A stretch of DNA of 64,000 nt, from positions 868,001 to 932,000 of the forward strand of contig OZ218960.1 in the NCBI GenBank assembly GCA_965112735.1, given 5' to 3'. The notes under the pieces were generated by a model. That model was given only the letters and a program-made list of their open reading frames with translations. It ran no database searches and was not told the DNA's origin. The position numbers and the translations under genes were made by a program. Below are positions 63,558 to 64,000 of the stretch, piece after piece. Position 1 is the stretch's first letter; each line of letters starts with the position of its first letter. Source of the DNA: Phaeosaccion multiseriatum. Taxonomy: Eukaryota > Protista > Ochrophyta, other classes.

Positions 63558-63972
63558 GAGTGCAGAGAGGAGAGAGAGACGAGAGAGAGAGAGGAGAGAG
63601 GGGAGTGCAAAGAGAAGGGAGAGGGGAGAGAGAGGAGGGGGAGCCCTTCGGAGCATTTTAACTTTGGCTGCTGCAGTTGCAAGGATGAGTGTATTGCCCT
63701 TCCGTCTTTGGGTCTTCACATTCTTCAGTGAGATGTTCGGCGATGTATTCCTCTTCTCTTCGTCTTCTCCCCTCACCCTCACCCTCACCCTCACCCTCAT
63801 CCCAAAAGACGAAACGAAGCGCGTGAGTGTGGGAACGTTCCACAGCATGTGCGCTCGTCTTTTGCGAAAGTTCGGAGAAGAACTCGCGCTGATGAGGCCC
63901 GGTCTGTCTGGAGCCTTCACCATCTACGACACAAAGGACACCAAGAAGGTTATTCAGGACCTCCTCAAGCAG
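62542..63972 (+). CDS. UvrD/PcrA/Rep superfamily-1 DNA helicase with N-terminal targeting extension; runs off the window end
   Basis: LNSAQYRAV..RVVAGPGSGKTRVLT, LAVTFTNKAAAEMKERL, GTFHSMCARLLR, FTIYDTKD; hydrophobic leader from ATG 62593. Confidence 0.9.
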
Positions 63973-64000
63973 GTACGTAAGGGTATGTAAGGAACGGGAC

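Overview
This is eukaryotic nuclear DNA, most consistent with a photosynthetic stramenopile (ochrophyte-type alga). The evidence is GT-AG spliced genes, microsatellite-filled introns, signal-peptide-type N-termini on bacterial-type enzymes, and a flagellar-type gene. About 17 protein-coding loci can be pieced together, mostly as head-to-head pairs: a degenerate ankyrin-repeat pseudogene, a membrane protein, an intronless bacterial-type Fe/2OG oxygenase (BesD/HalD/ArpA-like, HxD), an axonemal-dynein-light-chain-domain plus WW protein, a low-complexity EF-hand-like gene, a myristoylated EF-hand protein, mitochondrial L34, two inverted SpoU/TrmH paralogs, a RecQ helicase, an F-box-like/ZZ protein, a nucleoredoxin-like protein, a hybrid histidine kinase, a putative mitochondrial membrane protein, an ankyrin protein, DIM1 and a partial UvrD/PcrA helicase. 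No rRNA, tRNA, CRISPR array or transposase was recognised. The strongest unexplained signal is a 14-bp motif (CAGTTGGTGATACA / TGTATCACCAACTG) seen about 19 times. It occurs on both strands, in different reading frames of unrelated genes, and next to 3' splice sites. Other highlights are apparent gene conversion of about 0.93 kb between the old SpoU paralogs, a DIM1 start codon split by an intron, and a GATAGCG-rich inverted-repeat element. Gene models were built by eye, so exon boundaries and some termini are approximate.
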